From: an uncultured Ardenticatenaceae bacterium
Lineage (GTDB): Bacteria > Chloroflexota > Anaerolineae > Promineifilales > Promineifilaceae
Direction of reading: 5' to 3'
Assembly: GCA_964579295.1 (NCBI GenBank)
Contig: CAZOGK010000008.1
Span: 4,974-68,973 of the forward strand
DNA length: 64,000 bases
The stretch's first letter is position 1, and each line of letters starts with the position of its first letter. The notes under the pieces are model-generated. The model ran no database searches. It was given only the letters and a program-made list of their open reading frames with translations, and was not told the DNA's origin. The translations under genes and the position numbers were made by a program. Shown one piece after another: positions 16,091 to 25,613 of this stretch.

Positions 16091-17797
16091 TCACTCATCC
16101 AACAAAATCACCGGCTCCTGGTAATAGCGCAGCCGGCTGCGCGCCAACTTCTGGGCCAGGAAGTCGTTGAACCAGGCGCGCTTGGCGGGGAGGGGCTCGT
16201 CGGCGCGCAGCCGGTCCAGGTCGGCGTTGAGCCGCAAGATGCGGCCGGGGATCACAAATCGTGTCAGGCCGGCCGGCAGCAAGCGCCCGTGGCTGGCCGT
16301 CTCGAATACCTGCTCTGGCGCAAACTGCGGAAAGACGGCGACAGCCGCCATCTCCGGGAACTGGCCGCGCAGGCGTTCAATCTCTGTAACCAGCGTGCGC
16401 TCCACGTCGCCCCACATCGTGTAGCGCGCCACAATCTCGTTCAATACCGCCAGCCTGTCGGCCCCGGCGCCGGCGGCGGCCAGCGTCGCCTGCCCATCTC
16501 GGTCCAGGAAGAAACAGAGACCGGCGCCCTCGTTCAGGGCGCTTTGCGCGGCGTCCACGTGCATGGGGCAGAGCGTCAGGCCGGGGACCGTTCCTAGCGC
16601 GGCCAGCAGCTCTGCGACCGGCCGGTCACTGGAGATAACGTGGTACCAGGTATGTAGCTGGAAGTCATCGCGCTGCGCGTCGACCACCTGCACGATGACG
16701 TGCGGGCAGCCGATTCGCTGCAGCGCCGTAAAGCGCGTGGCGCCGTCGAGAATGATATAGCGCTCGTTCCAGTAGGTGACGATGGGCGGGTTAATCAGCC
16801 GGCTCTCCTGTTCCAGCCGCTCGGCCAGGCGGCTGACGCGCTTCTCGTCAATCTGCTCGTGCGGCGAGACCTGCTCAGCCGGCACAACTTCCAGCGACAG
16901 CGTTTCGCTGGGCCGCTTCACGCGCAGCAGCTCGACAACCTGCCGCACCACCGCCAGCACGTCCTCGCGGCGCCGGCTGCCGATGATGCGCGTCACGTGC
17001 GGCGCCAGCAGCACGCGCGGGTGCTGCCGCACGCGCTCGCTCGCCGCGCCGGCAGTGACGCCGGCCGGAAGCTGGGACAGCGCCGCGCCGGCAATCTGCC
17101 CGCTGTCCAGCGCCCTCAGCAGCGCTTCGTCGTCCACCAGGTCGGTGTGCCCGGTGTTGACCAGGAAGGCATGGGGCTGCATCTGCGCCAATTGCGGGGC
17201 GCCAATGATGGCTTCCGTTTCGGTCGTGAAGGGCACATGCAGGCTAACAAAATCCGACCGCTGCAGCAAATCGTGGAAGTCTGCCTGGGCCACACCGGCC
17301 GCCAGCGCCAGCTCTGGCGTCAGGCGCGGCTGGTTGACCATGACCTGCATGTCGAAAGCCAGCGCGCGCCGGCCTACCTCACGGCCAATCCCGCCAAAGC
17401 CGACGATGCCCAGCGTCTTGCCCGCCAGGCCGGAGCCCGACTCGTCCTGGATAGCCAGCCGCAGCATGAAGGCCAGCGTATGCTCGGCAATTGCCACGGC
17501 GTTGCTGCCGCGGATATTGCATACTTCCACGCCCATCGTGCGCGCCGCGGTCACGTCCACGTTGTCCAGGCGCGGGCTGAGCGAGCCGATGACCCGTAGG
17601 TCCAGGCCCTCCTCGATGACGTCGTGCGTGATCGTCGCCTCCGGGCCGACAATGAGCGCGTGGTAGTCGCCAATGACCCGCTGGATTTCGGCGTCGGGCA
17701 GGCCCGGCCGCACGTCGACGGCGGCCACGGCCTGCAGCAGGCGCAGCGCCTCTTCGTCAAGCGCTTCACAGACGAGGATGCGTTGCGGCTGGGTCAT
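16091..17797 (-). CDS. Fusion protein: D-2-hydroxyacid (phosphoglycerate) dehydrogenase-like domain plus ParB/sulfiredoxin-like domain plus unknown C-terminal region
   Basis: The N-terminal half has the Rossmann motif GIVGFGGIGREVG and AEHTLAFML. The usual NxARG and LDVF..EP blocks read VNTGHTDLVD and GAALSQLP. The middle region LINPPIVTYWNERYIILDGATRFTALQRIG resembles the ParB/Srx DGxxR core. Confidence 0.6.
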   Translation of the reverse strand: MTQPQRILVCEALDEEALRLLQAVAAVDVRPGLPDAEIQRVIGDYHALIVGPEATITHDVIEEGLDLRVIGSLSPRLDNVDVTAARTMGVEVCNIRGSNAVAIAEHTLAFMLRLAIQDESGSGLAGKTLGIVGFGGIGREVGRRALAFDMQVMVNQPRLTPELALAAGVAQADFHDLLQRSDFVSLHVPFTTETEAIIGAPQLAQMQPHAFLVNTGHTDLVDDEALLRALDSGQIAGAALSQLPAGVTAGAASERVRQHPRVLLAPHVTRIIGSRRREDVLAVVRQVVELLRVKRPSETLSLEVVPAEQVSPHEQIDEKRVSRLAERLEQESRLINPPIVTYWNERYIILDGATRFTALQRIGCPHVIVQVVDAQRDDFQLHTWYHVISSDRPVAELLAALGTVPGLTLCPMHVDAAQSALNEGAGLCFFLDRDGQATLAAAGAGADRLAVLNEIVARYTMWGDVERTLVTEIERLRGQFPEMAAVAVFPQFAPEQVFETASHGRLLPAGLTRFVIPGRILRLNADLDRLRADEPLPAKRAWFNDFLAQKLARSRLRYYQEPVILLDE

Positions 17798-18765
17798 GGC
17801 GCGCCCTCCGGCTGGTTGGCAAGCTGCAGCGCCAGCGCCAACAGGTCCACATTGCCGCCGCTGATGATGACGCCGGCGCGCCGGCCCGCTTCCCGGTAGC
17901 GGCCGCCGAGCAGCGGCGCCAGGGCCACAGCGCTGCTGGGCTCGATCACAATCTTGAGACGCTGCCAGACAAAGCGCAGCGTATCCACAATCTCCGCCTC
18001 GCTCACCGTGAGCATGTCGTCAACTAGCCGGGTCATGACGGCCAGATTGCGCTCGCCAATGAAGCGGGTGCGCAGCCCATCGGCAAGCGTGGCGGGCGTC
18101 TCCTCCAGCCGGTGAATGGCCCCGGCGCGCCAGGAGATGCCGGCGTCGCCGCCCGCTTCCGGCTCGACGCCAACGACGCGGCAGCGCGGCGATTGTCCGG
18201 CCGCGGCCAGCGCGCAGCCGCTTATCAGCCCGCCGCCGCCTACCGGGACAAACAGGTAGTCCAGCTCGCCAACCTCCTCGAAAAGCTCCCACGCTGCTGT
18301 GCCCTGGCCGGCGATAATGTGGCTGTTGTCATAGGGATGGACAAGGGCCAGTCCTTCGTCGCTGGCAAGCTGCGCGGACAGCCGCTCCCGCTCGCGGGCC
18401 GGGCCGGAAACGATACGCGCACCGTAACCAGCCGTCGCCTCCCGCTTAACCGCCGGCGCGTCGTCCGGCATGACCACTGTAGCCGGCACGCCGAGGAGCC
18501 GGGCCGCCAGGGCGACCCCCTGCGCGTGGTTGCCGCTGGAATGGGTCACGACGCCAGCCGCCTGCTGAGCCGCGCTGAGCTGGCTGATGGCGTTGTAGGC
18601 GCCGCGGAACTTGAATGAGCCGGCTCGCTGGAAGTTCTCGCATTTGAGAAAGATCTGCACTCCGGCCCGCTCGTCCAGCGTGCGCGATGTGTGCACGGGC
18701 GTGCGGTGCGCCACCGGGGCAAGCCGGCCGGCGGCGGCGGCGACATCAGCGGGAGAGAGATTCAT
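17794..18765 (-). CDS. PLP-dependent serine/threonine dehydratase family protein (fold type II, no ACT domain)
   Basis: PLP-lysine motif FLKCENFQRAGSFKFRGAYNA and glycine loop VPVGGGGLISG. ATGA overlap with the downstream fusion gene. Confidence 0.85.
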   Translation of the reverse strand: MNLSPADVAAAAGRLAPVAHRTPVHTSRTLDERAGVQIFLKCENFQRAGSFKFRGAYNAISQLSAAQQAAGVVTHSSGNHAQGVALAARLLGVPATVVMPDDAPAVKREATAGYGARIVSGPARERERLSAQLASDEGLALVHPYDNSHIIAGQGTAAWELFEEVGELDYLFVPVGGGGLISGCALAAAGQSPRCRVVGVEPEAGGDAGISWRAGAIHRLEETPATLADGLRTRFIGERNLAVMTRLVDDMLTVSEAEIVDTLRFVWQRLKIVIEPSSAVALAPLLGGRYREAGRRAGVIISGGNVDLLALALQLANQPEGAP

Positions 18766-18814
18766 ACTGCTCCTCAGTCGGGGGTCGGCCTGGCAGCGCC
18801 ATGCTGTCCTGGCC

Positions 18815-19714
18815 TCAGTGGGCGCCTGGCTGCGCCTCGTCCTCCATTTCCTTCACCATCTCAATGCGCCGGAACGCCTCGAAGTAGCCGGCTTCGACAA
18901 AGCCGGCCCACTTCGGGTCGTCCACGGGGATATTCTCGGCAATGGCGTCCTGGGTCGGGTAGTAAGCGTGCAGCGTGCGCAGAATGGTCGCCGTAACGGC
19001 CGCCGGGTCGCCGCGCTGCACCTCGACGATGATGCGCGTGAGCCGCAGCAGGCTTGCTTTGTAGGTCACCCAGCCGGCGCCGCCCTCGTCGGTCTCTACC
19101 ACCAGGGCCGAAACGTCGGCGGCATTTTGCACCGACTCCGTCTGGTTGATCCAGTTGGGCGCGTCGCCGCGGCCGGCCAGGAGCTCTACCGTAGCGCGGT
19201 GGTCGAGCGTGCGCACGTCACGCACGTGCAGCTGCTGAGCGGTGTCTCCCGGCGCCATTTCCGGGAAGCGTGGCGGACGGCGGGCGACAATCAACATGCG
19301 CGTCTCGACAAAGTTGAGGCTGCGAAACAGCTCGTGCGCCGGGTTATTGCCGTCAATCACCTCCAGCCAGGTGCGCGGCGCGCCATGCCGGCAGGCCGCG
19401 TCGAGGAGAAAACCCATGATCGCCTTACCCACCCCCTGTCGCCGGCCGGAAGGCAGCACGCCTAGGCGCGTTACCCAGGCGCGGCGCGGCCGCAGACCGA
19501 GCATGCCGATGCCCAGAATCTCGTCGGCAGTCGCCGCCGCACAGGAAGAAGCGAGATCCACGTCGTAAACCTCGATATAGTCGCGCAGCCGCTGCACAGT
19601 CATCGGCATCGGGATGATGTAGTCGATGCGCGTCTCATTATAGGCATCGGCCAGTTCTTGCAGCGTGAACTCGGTTGCCGGGATCAGCTCTATGTCTGGA
19701 CTCTTACCATCCAT
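18815..19714 (-). CDS. GNAT family N-acetyltransferase
   Basis: Acetyl-CoA motif LGVLPSGRRQGVGKAIMGFLL. 299 aa with an extra C-terminal domain. Confidence 0.7.
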   Translation of the reverse strand: MDGKSPDIELIPATEFTLQELADAYNETRIDYIIPMPMTVQRLRDYIEVYDVDLASSCAAATADEILGIGMLGLRPRRAWVTRLGVLPSGRRQGVGKAIMGFLLDAACRHGAPRTWLEVIDGNNPAHELFRSLNFVETRMLIVARRPPRFPEMAPGDTAQQLHVRDVRTLDHRATVELLAGRGDAPNWINQTESVQNAADVSALVVETDEGGAGWVTYKASLLRLTRIIVEVQRGDPAAVTATILRTLHAYYPTQDAIAENIPVDDPKWAGFVEAGYFEAFRRIEMVKEMEDEAQPGAH

Positions 19715-19746
19715 GACTCAGCTTGTACAACGTCGAACTGTCTCTC

Positions 19747-20124
19747 TCACTCGCCTTCGGAAGATAGGTAACGGGAAATTTGCTTCGGGAAATTGCGCAC
19801 GCTGATCGGCTTGATGATCACGCCGTCATAGCCGTAGCGCCGGCACATATCGTGGGCAATGTCGGCAGGCCAGGCCGTAATCGCCACCAGCGGTACGCCG
19901 GCCAGCTCCGGAATCTGGCGCAGCAGGGCCACCACTGTGTGCCCGTCGATGTCGGGCAGGCCAATGTCGATGAGGATGAGGTCTGGCGTCTCGTCGATAG
20001 CCAGCTGGATACCCGACTCGCCATCGGCGGCAAAGCACATCTGGTAGCCGCTGGCGCCGAGGACCCGATCGACGAGGATGCGGCTTTCCATGCTGTCCTC
20101 GATAAGCAGTACCTTTTCAGCCAT
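19747..20124 (-). CDS. Stand-alone response-regulator receiver (CheY-like)
   Basis: GAAGGAG RBS precedes ATG 20124. Motifs are KVLLIEDS, phospho-acceptor context LILIDIGLPDIDG, and KPIS. No output domain. The track extension to 20361 is rejected. Confidence 0.85.
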   Translation of the reverse strand: MAEKVLLIEDSMESRILVDRVLGASGYQMCFAADGESGIQLAIDETPDLILIDIGLPDIDGHTVVALLRQIPELAGVPLVAITAWPADIAHDMCRRYGYDGVIIKPISVRNFPKQISRYLSSEGE

Positions 20125-20251
20125 GTCAGAGCGCTCCTTCTGGTTGCCTGACGATACCAGATAGGGCGGGTGCAGGCAAAGGAAACCGTCGCTGCGCCGG
20201 CGCGCCGGCGGTTCGGCAGCCGCCCCCGTCCGCGGTAAGATTCTGGGCGCG

Positions 20252-22252
20252 ATGTCCGCGTCACAGCACGGCCGGCAGGCCGCTTCCCCACCACGCACTC
20301 TCTGGCCCATCCTGACGGCGGGCGCCGTCGCCCTGGCGCTGCTCGGGCAGCGCCAGCTCACCGGCGAGCAGGCCGGCCGCGGGCTGCTGCTGCTTATTCC
20401 CGCGTTCCTTCTCTATCTGCACGTCAACCGGCGGTGCAACGGCCCGCTCACGCCGCCACGCCGGGACGAGCAGCCCCAGGGGCAACTGCTGGCGCCGTCC
20501 CGCCTCTGGCGGGCGCTCTTCCTGGTGGTGAGCCTCATCCTGGCGCTGCTGGCCTACCAGGGCTTTGCCGGCAACAACCTCGGCGGCGGCCTCTGGTATT
20601 GGCTGGGCAGCCTCTTCTATTTCGTGGCGGCAGTCGCCGAGCTGCCGCGGCGCCCGCGCCCCGCCGGCTCGCTGCGCTGGCCCGTCGCGCTGCTGGCTAT
20701 CACGGTCCTGGGCATCTTCTTCCGCTTCTACCAGCTGGAGGCCATCCCGGCGGAAATGACCAGCGACCATGCCGAGAAGCTGCTTGACGTTCACGACCTC
20801 CTGACCGGCGCGCGCCCCATCTTCTTCCCGCGCAATACGGGCCGCGAAGGGCTGCAGTTCTACCTGACAGCGGCCATGATCCGGCTCGGCGCGCTGCCGG
20901 AGAGTCATCTGGCGCTCAAGATCGGAACGGCCCTGTTCGGCGCGGTCACCGTGCCGCTCACCTACTTTTTGGGCCGGGAGCTGTTTGGCCGCCTGGCCGG
21001 CATCTATGCTGCGGCGCTCATCGCCATCTCGCACTGGCACGTGGCGATCAGCCGCGTGGGGCTGCGCTTTCCTTTCACGGCCGCCTTCACGGCGCCGGCC
21101 CTGGCTTTCCTCGTGCGCGCCCTGCGCGCCAACCGGCGCAATGATTGGCTGGCGGCGGGGCTCATCCTCGGCGTCGGCCTGCACAGCTATACGGCCATGC
21201 GCGTGGTTCCCGTGCTCTTTGCCCTGCTCGTGCTGCTCAAGGTCGCCGCCGACCTGCTGGCGCGGGCGCGCCGGCAGCCGCTCGCCGAAGCCAGCAGCCT
21301 CACCGTCCGCTTCTGGCACAACGCGGTGCTCGGCGCCGCGCTGTCTCTGCTTGCCTTCCTGCCGCTGCTGCGCTTTATGACCGAAGCGCCCGAACTGTTC
21401 TGGTTCCGGGCCGCCTCGCGGGCGCAGGGCGCACTGGCGCCCGGCGCCCTGTGGGCTACTTTCTGGAGCAATGTCGGCAACGCCCTGCTGATGTTTAACG
21501 TCCGCGGCGACGTGGTGCCGGCCAATACCATCCCCGGCTCGCCGCAGCTCGATCCCGTCACTGGCGCCCTCTTCTTGCTTGGCGCCGTCTACCTGCTCTG
21601 GCGCTGCCTCGCCTGCCGCGACCGGGCGGCCATTACGGTTCTCGTCAGCTTTGGCGTGCTGCTCCTGCCCAGCATCCTCAGCCTGGCCTTTCCGGAAGAG
21701 AACCCCAGCGCGGTCCGCACAGGCGGCGCCATCCCGATTGTGATGTTGATGGCTGCTCTGCCACTGGCGCAAATGACGGCCGCCGCTGCCGGCCGGCTGC
21801 GCGGCCGCGCCGGGCGTCTCTTCCTGCTGCTGCCGGCCGGCCTCGTCCTCGCCGCCATCGCGCTCAACGCCAACTGGTATTTCCAGCGCTACCGGCTGCA
21901 CGAGCTGTCCGCCTCCTGGAACGCGACGGAGATGGGCGCCGTCGTGCGCTCCTTTGTCGCGGAGGGCGGCGCGCTGGAGCACGTCTATCACATCGCCTAC
22001 CCGCACTGGGTTGACACGCGCAATATCGGGATCAACGCCGGGCGAGTTACGTGGGAGAACGCCGTGCTGGAGCTGGACGACATTGCCCTGCACGCCCTCG
22101 ACCCGGCGCCCAAGCTCTATCTGCTACACCCGCAGGACCAGGCCGCGGCGGGCCGGCTGGCCGATGTCTATCCGGCCGGCCACCTCGACCGCTATCAGTC
22201 GCCGCGGCCGGGCAAGGATTTTCTCCTTTTCAGAGTTGGGGCTGGCCCATGA
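20252..22252 (+). CDS. GT-C fold glycosyltransferase, family 39-like (ArnT/PMT type)
   Basis: 666-aa polytopic membrane protein with an early loop AEMTSDHAEKLLDVHDL. General resemblance to ArnT/PMT proteins. Confidence 0.6.
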   Translation: MSASQHGRQAASPPRTLWPILTAGAVALALLGQRQLTGEQAGRGLLLLIPAFLLYLHVNRRCNGPLTPPRRDEQPQGQLLAPSRLWRALFLVVSLILALLAYQGFAGNNLGGGLWYWLGSLFYFVAAVAELPRRPRPAGSLRWPVALLAITVLGIFFRFYQLEAIPAEMTSDHAEKLLDVHDLLTGARPIFFPRNTGREGLQFYLTAAMIRLGALPESHLALKIGTALFGAVTVPLTYFLGRELFGRLAGIYAAALIAISHWHVAISRVGLRFPFTAAFTAPALAFLVRALRANRRNDWLAAGLILGVGLHSYTAMRVVPVLFALLVLLKVAADLLARARRQPLAEASSLTVRFWHNAVLGAALSLLAFLPLLRFMTEAPELFWFRAASRAQGALAPGALWATFWSNVGNALLMFNVRGDVVPANTIPGSPQLDPVTGALFLLGAVYLLWRCLACRDRAAITVLVSFGVLLLPSILSLAFPEENPSAVRTGGAIPIVMLMAALPLAQMTAAAAGRLRGRAGRLFLLLPAGLVLAAIALNANWYFQRYRLHELSASWNATEMGAVVRSFVAEGGALEHVYHIAYPHWVDTRNIGINAGRVTWENAVLELDDIALHALDPAPKLYLLHPQDQAAAGRLADVYPAGHLDRYQSPRPGKDFLLFRVGAGP

Positions 22253-22277
22253 AAAAGGCGCCGCGCCGGCGCCTTTC
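22252..22277. terminator. Bidirectional terminator between convergent genes
   Basis: AAAAA, GGCGCCG stem, cgc loop, CGGCGCC stem, TTTCTCT. Confidence 0.6.
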
Positions 22278-22308
22278 TCTCCTACGATTTTCCGTCAGGC
22301 AGCCCCCA

Positions 22309-22578
22309 TCAGGCCGGCGGGGGCGGCACCGGCAGCTCCTCTTCGGCAACGTCCTTCCACTTTTCGCCCTCCTCGATGAGCATCACCGGGATGCCATCGC
22401 GGATAGGGTACTTGTAGCCTGAATCGTCGCTGACCAGCCAGCTATCCCTGACCAGCCGCAGCCGGCCGGGGTCGTCGCCATACTCATCCGACTGCACCGC
22501 TTTGGGGCAGCGCAGGATATCCAGCAGCTCGGCGCTAATCGCCATTTCGCCGCTACCTGTTTGCTCCTGTTCTGTCAT
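22309..22578 (-). CDS. Trm112 family protein
   Basis: Motifs LLDILRCPK and YPIRDGIPVMLIEE. GAGAGAGAGG RBS lies 6 nt before ATG 22578. Confidence 0.8.
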   Translation of the reverse strand: MTEQEQTGSGEMAISAELLDILRCPKAVQSDEYGDDPGRLRLVRDSWLVSDDSGYKYPIRDGIPVMLIEEGEKWKDVAEEELPVPPPPA

Positions 22579-22654
22579 GGGCATCCTCTCTCTCTTGGTC
22601 TGATTCGCCAATCATAGCGGCGTGGCGCGCGCCTGCAAATTGGCAGCGGCCCGC

Positions 22655-23362
22655 TCAGTGCGGCTCCACCAGAATCGCCTCGGCGACAGCACGCTCAATC
22701 GCCTGCTCACGGCCGCCGGCGACAATCGTCAGCGGCCCGTCCAGCGGCGCGACAGCGGTAACCGTAATCACGACCTCCGGCACCAGGTCAAGCTCCGCCA
22801 GATAGCGCAGCAGCTCGCTGTTGCTATCGTCGAGGATGCGGGCGATGGTAGCCTGGCTGCCGGGCGCCAGCGAAGCCAACGGCGCCAGCAGCCGCTGCGG
22901 CACCGTGCCATCGCGCGCCGGAATCGGGTCGCCATGCGGGTCCAGCGTGGGGTGGTTCAGCGCCGCCGCGATCCGCTCCTCCAGCTTCTCGCTGATGACA
23001 TGCTCCAGAATATCCGCCTGCTCATGCACCTCGTCCCAGGTGAAGCCCAGCGCTTCAATCAGGTACAGCTCAATCAGGCGGTGGTGGCGGATCACCTCCA
23101 GCGCAATCTGGCGGCCGGCCTCAGTCAGCGTTACGCCGTAATGTTTCTCGTAATCGACTAGGTTGAGGCTCGCCAGACGCTGGATCATGCTCGTGGCCGA
23201 CGCCGGCCGCACATCGCGCACCGCCGCAATACGCGAGGTGCTGACGGGACTTTCCTCTTCCGCGAGCATATAGATCGTTTTGAGGTAATCCTCTATCGCC
23301 TGGTGGTTGAGATTATTGCGTTGGGCCGACGAGCCGGCCGGGAGATTGTCAATACGCGGCAT
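22655..23362 (-). CDS. DtxR/IdeR-family metal-dependent transcriptional regulator with FeoA/SH3-like C-terminal domain
   Basis: AAAGGAGAG RBS precedes ATG 23362. Motifs IEDYLKTIY, RHHRLIELYL and HE..D..EH, with a C-terminal GSQATIARI...VVITV block. The track extension to 23626 is rejected. Confidence 0.85.
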   Translation of the reverse strand: MPRIDNLPAGSSAQRNNLNHQAIEDYLKTIYMLAEEESPVSTSRIAAVRDVRPASATSMIQRLASLNLVDYEKHYGVTLTEAGRQIALEVIRHHRLIELYLIEALGFTWDEVHEQADILEHVISEKLEERIAAALNHPTLDPHGDPIPARDGTVPQRLLAPLASLAPGSQATIARILDDSNSELLRYLAELDLVPEVVITVTAVAPLDGPLTIVAGGREQAIERAVAEAILVEPH

Positions 23363-23507
23363 AGCTCTCCTTTCTCGACGCCGCTGCCAGCATCCATTAT
23401 ACACGACCGGCAGCGGCTGGCGATGACGGCCAGGCTTTGTTGCTGGCGGCGACTTTGGCTTACAATGGAGCGTGGCTGCGCCCGGTGGCGCCGCCAGGAG
23501 TAGCTGT

Positions 23508-24509
23508 GTGAGACAGATCTGGATTACCCGCCCGGGCCCGCCGGAAGTGCTGCAGGAGCGCGAAGCGCCAGACCCGTTGCCGCGAGCCGGCGAGGTGCGT
23601 ATCCGCGTCGACGTGTGCGGGCTCAACTTTGACGACGTTCTGGCGCGTACGGGCGGCCTGCCCGGCGCGCCGGAGCTGCCCTTCGTGCCCGGCGCCGAGG
23701 TAGCGGGCGTGGTCGATATGGTGGGGCAGGGGGCGCCGGAGATTAAAGAGGGCGACCAGGTACTGGCGGCGACGCGTTTCGGCGGCTATAGCGACGTGGT
23801 CTGCGTTCCCTGGAAGCAGGTCTTTCGCCGTCTCGACTGGATGAGCGCGCGCGATGCAGCCGCCCTTCCCGTCAACTATATGCTGGCCTACGTCCTGCTC
23901 ATTGTCATGGGCTCCCTGCGCAAAGGGGATACCGTCCTCGTCCACCGGGCGGCGGGGGCCACGGGCCTGGCCGCGCTCGACATCTGCCGCATCGTCGGCG
24001 CCGAGACCTTTGGCACGGCCGGGCCCGACAAGCACGACTTCCTGCGCGCACGTGGGCTGGACCATGCTATCGACTACTATCACTACGATTATGAGCGGGA
24101 GATACGCGAGCTGCGCGGCGGGCGCGGCGTGCAGCTCATCCTCGACGGCTTTGGCAGTGACTGGCGCAAGAACTACCGCTTGCTTGAGCCCGCGGGCCGG
24201 CTGCTCCACTATGGCGCCAGCGGCGGCCGGCAGCGCTGGTGGCAGCGGCTCTACGCCTTCCTCAGCGCGCCTGCCTATACGCCGCAGCGGCTCATGCAAG
24301 ACAACAAAGGCGTGCTCGGCGTGCGCCTGAGCGAGCTATGGGAGCAGGGGGAGCTGGCGCGGGAATGGATGGCGCAGATTATTCGCTGGTACGACGAAGC
24401 GCTCTTCCGCCCCCACATCGACCGCACCTTCCCCTTCCACGAGGCCGCCGCCGCGCACGACTACCTGCAGAAGCGCAAGAACGTGGGAAAAGTGCTGCTC
24501 ATCCCCTGA
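23508..24509 (+). CDS. Medium-chain dehydrogenase/reductase, quinone oxidoreductase-like
   Basis: AGGAG lies 7 nt before GTG 23508. Motifs are PGPPEVLQ, GLNFDDV, HRAAGATGLAA and C-terminal RKNVGKVLL. Confidence 0.75.
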   Translation: MRQIWITRPGPPEVLQEREAPDPLPRAGEVRIRVDVCGLNFDDVLARTGGLPGAPELPFVPGAEVAGVVDMVGQGAPEIKEGDQVLAATRFGGYSDVVCVPWKQVFRRLDWMSARDAAALPVNYMLAYVLLIVMGSLRKGDTVLVHRAAGATGLAALDICRIVGAETFGTAGPDKHDFLRARGLDHAIDYYHYDYEREIRELRGGRGVQLILDGFGSDWRKNYRLLEPAGRLLHYGASGGRQRWWQRLYAFLSAPAYTPQRLMQDNKGVLGVRLSELWEQGELAREWMAQIIRWYDEALFRPHIDRTFPFHEAAAAHDYLQKRKNVGKVLLIP

Positions 24510-24832
24510 CGGCGCCGGCGCCACGCCCGTTTGCACCTTAGCCGGCAAGGTGGTTTCCTGGAAGCTAGGAAATCACGATAGCTGACCCCGAAACACAGTC
24601 CCTGTAGAGCGATTATTCCAGGTTTCTACCCAACGCACAGGATGCGATTTGGTTGGCCCTTTCCGAACTTTGAGACATTGGACCACCTACCCAGGTGACC
24701 GACACTTCCACAGCGCCGGTCACAGCTGTTGGTGAAAGCCACGTGCCCCTAAGAATGCCTCATATTTTAGCTAAATGACCAAGGGAATCGCGCTACGCCT
24801 CTGCAAGTACGTCGCTCTTTGATAAGGCTCAT

Positions 24833-25609
24833 TCAAGAGCCGGCCGGATGGGCGACGACGATCAGCCGGTGTGTGTTGTCGGTGCGCGGCCAGCAGGTAA
24901 CGATGGTGATGCGCTCATCCGGCTTGCGCTCCATCCAGTGGGCGTTGGCCCGGCGCAGTGCAATGGACTCATCCCGCTCCGGCACAAGTATCTGCTCACT
25001 GACCTCATAATGGTAGCGGTTGCCCCCCTCGTCGTAGAGGTAGATGTCGCCGCCGACCGGCAGGGAAATCAGGTCACCGAAAATGGCGCCATGCACGTTA
25101 TGATGGCCGTTGAGCACGGTGTTGCCGCGCCGGCCCAACGCGGCGCTGTCGTTATGCCAGCCGGCCGCAAATTCGTCGGGCACCCGCCAGCGGAACAATA
25201 TCTGGCCTTCGTCGTCAAAGGGCTCCAGCGCCACCTCGCGGATGGGCGCGTCTACGTCGAGCGCCGGGATAACAACGCGCGCCGGCCGGCCCGGCTCTGG
25301 CGCGTAGAGTATGGTAGGCGCCTCGCCGGCGCGCGCCTCCGAGGGCAGGCCGCCCGCCAGGAAGCGCGCCGGCCGGAACATCTCGCCGGCGTCGCCGTCG
25401 CCGGCGCGCGCCATCACGGTCGGCAGGGGGACAGGCGTGCTCACCCAGGAGCGCCCGGCAGGCGCGATGAGTTCCGGCAGCGGCGGCGGCGCCACCGGCA
25501 GCAGGGCATAAACGGCCGCGACCGTGGCGACGACCAGCGCGCCGATGGCGATGAAGACAACCCCCAGCGGTATTCTCGTCTCGCGCGGCCGCCTCTGTTT
25601 GCTCCCCAC
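24833..25609 (-). CDS. Sortase family transpeptidase (class E-like), membrane anchored
   Basis: N-terminal TM segment, catalytic His context VLNGHH, and TLxTC-type motif RITIVTCWP. Confidence 0.8.
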   Translation of the reverse strand: MGSKQRRPRETRIPLGVVFIAIGALVVATVAAVYALLPVAPPPLPELIAPAGRSWVSTPVPLPTVMARAGDGDAGEMFRPARFLAGGLPSEARAGEAPTILYAPEPGRPARVVIPALDVDAPIREVALEPFDDEGQILFRWRVPDEFAAGWHNDSAALGRRGNTVLNGHHNVHGAIFGDLISLPVGGDIYLYDEGGNRYHYEVSEQILVPERDESIALRRANAHWMERKPDERITIVTCWPRTDNTHRLIVVAHPAGS

Positions 25610-25613
25610 CAGG

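Noticed and set aside
23381-23416. Inverted repeat CCGCTGCC, 20 nt, GGCAGCGG upstream of the DtxR-family regulator gene, considered as an operator.
   Set aside because: GC-rich arms around a 20-nt loop do not resemble the AT-rich 19-bp palindromes of DtxR/IdeR/MntR operators. It is more likely a simple 5' UTR hairpin.
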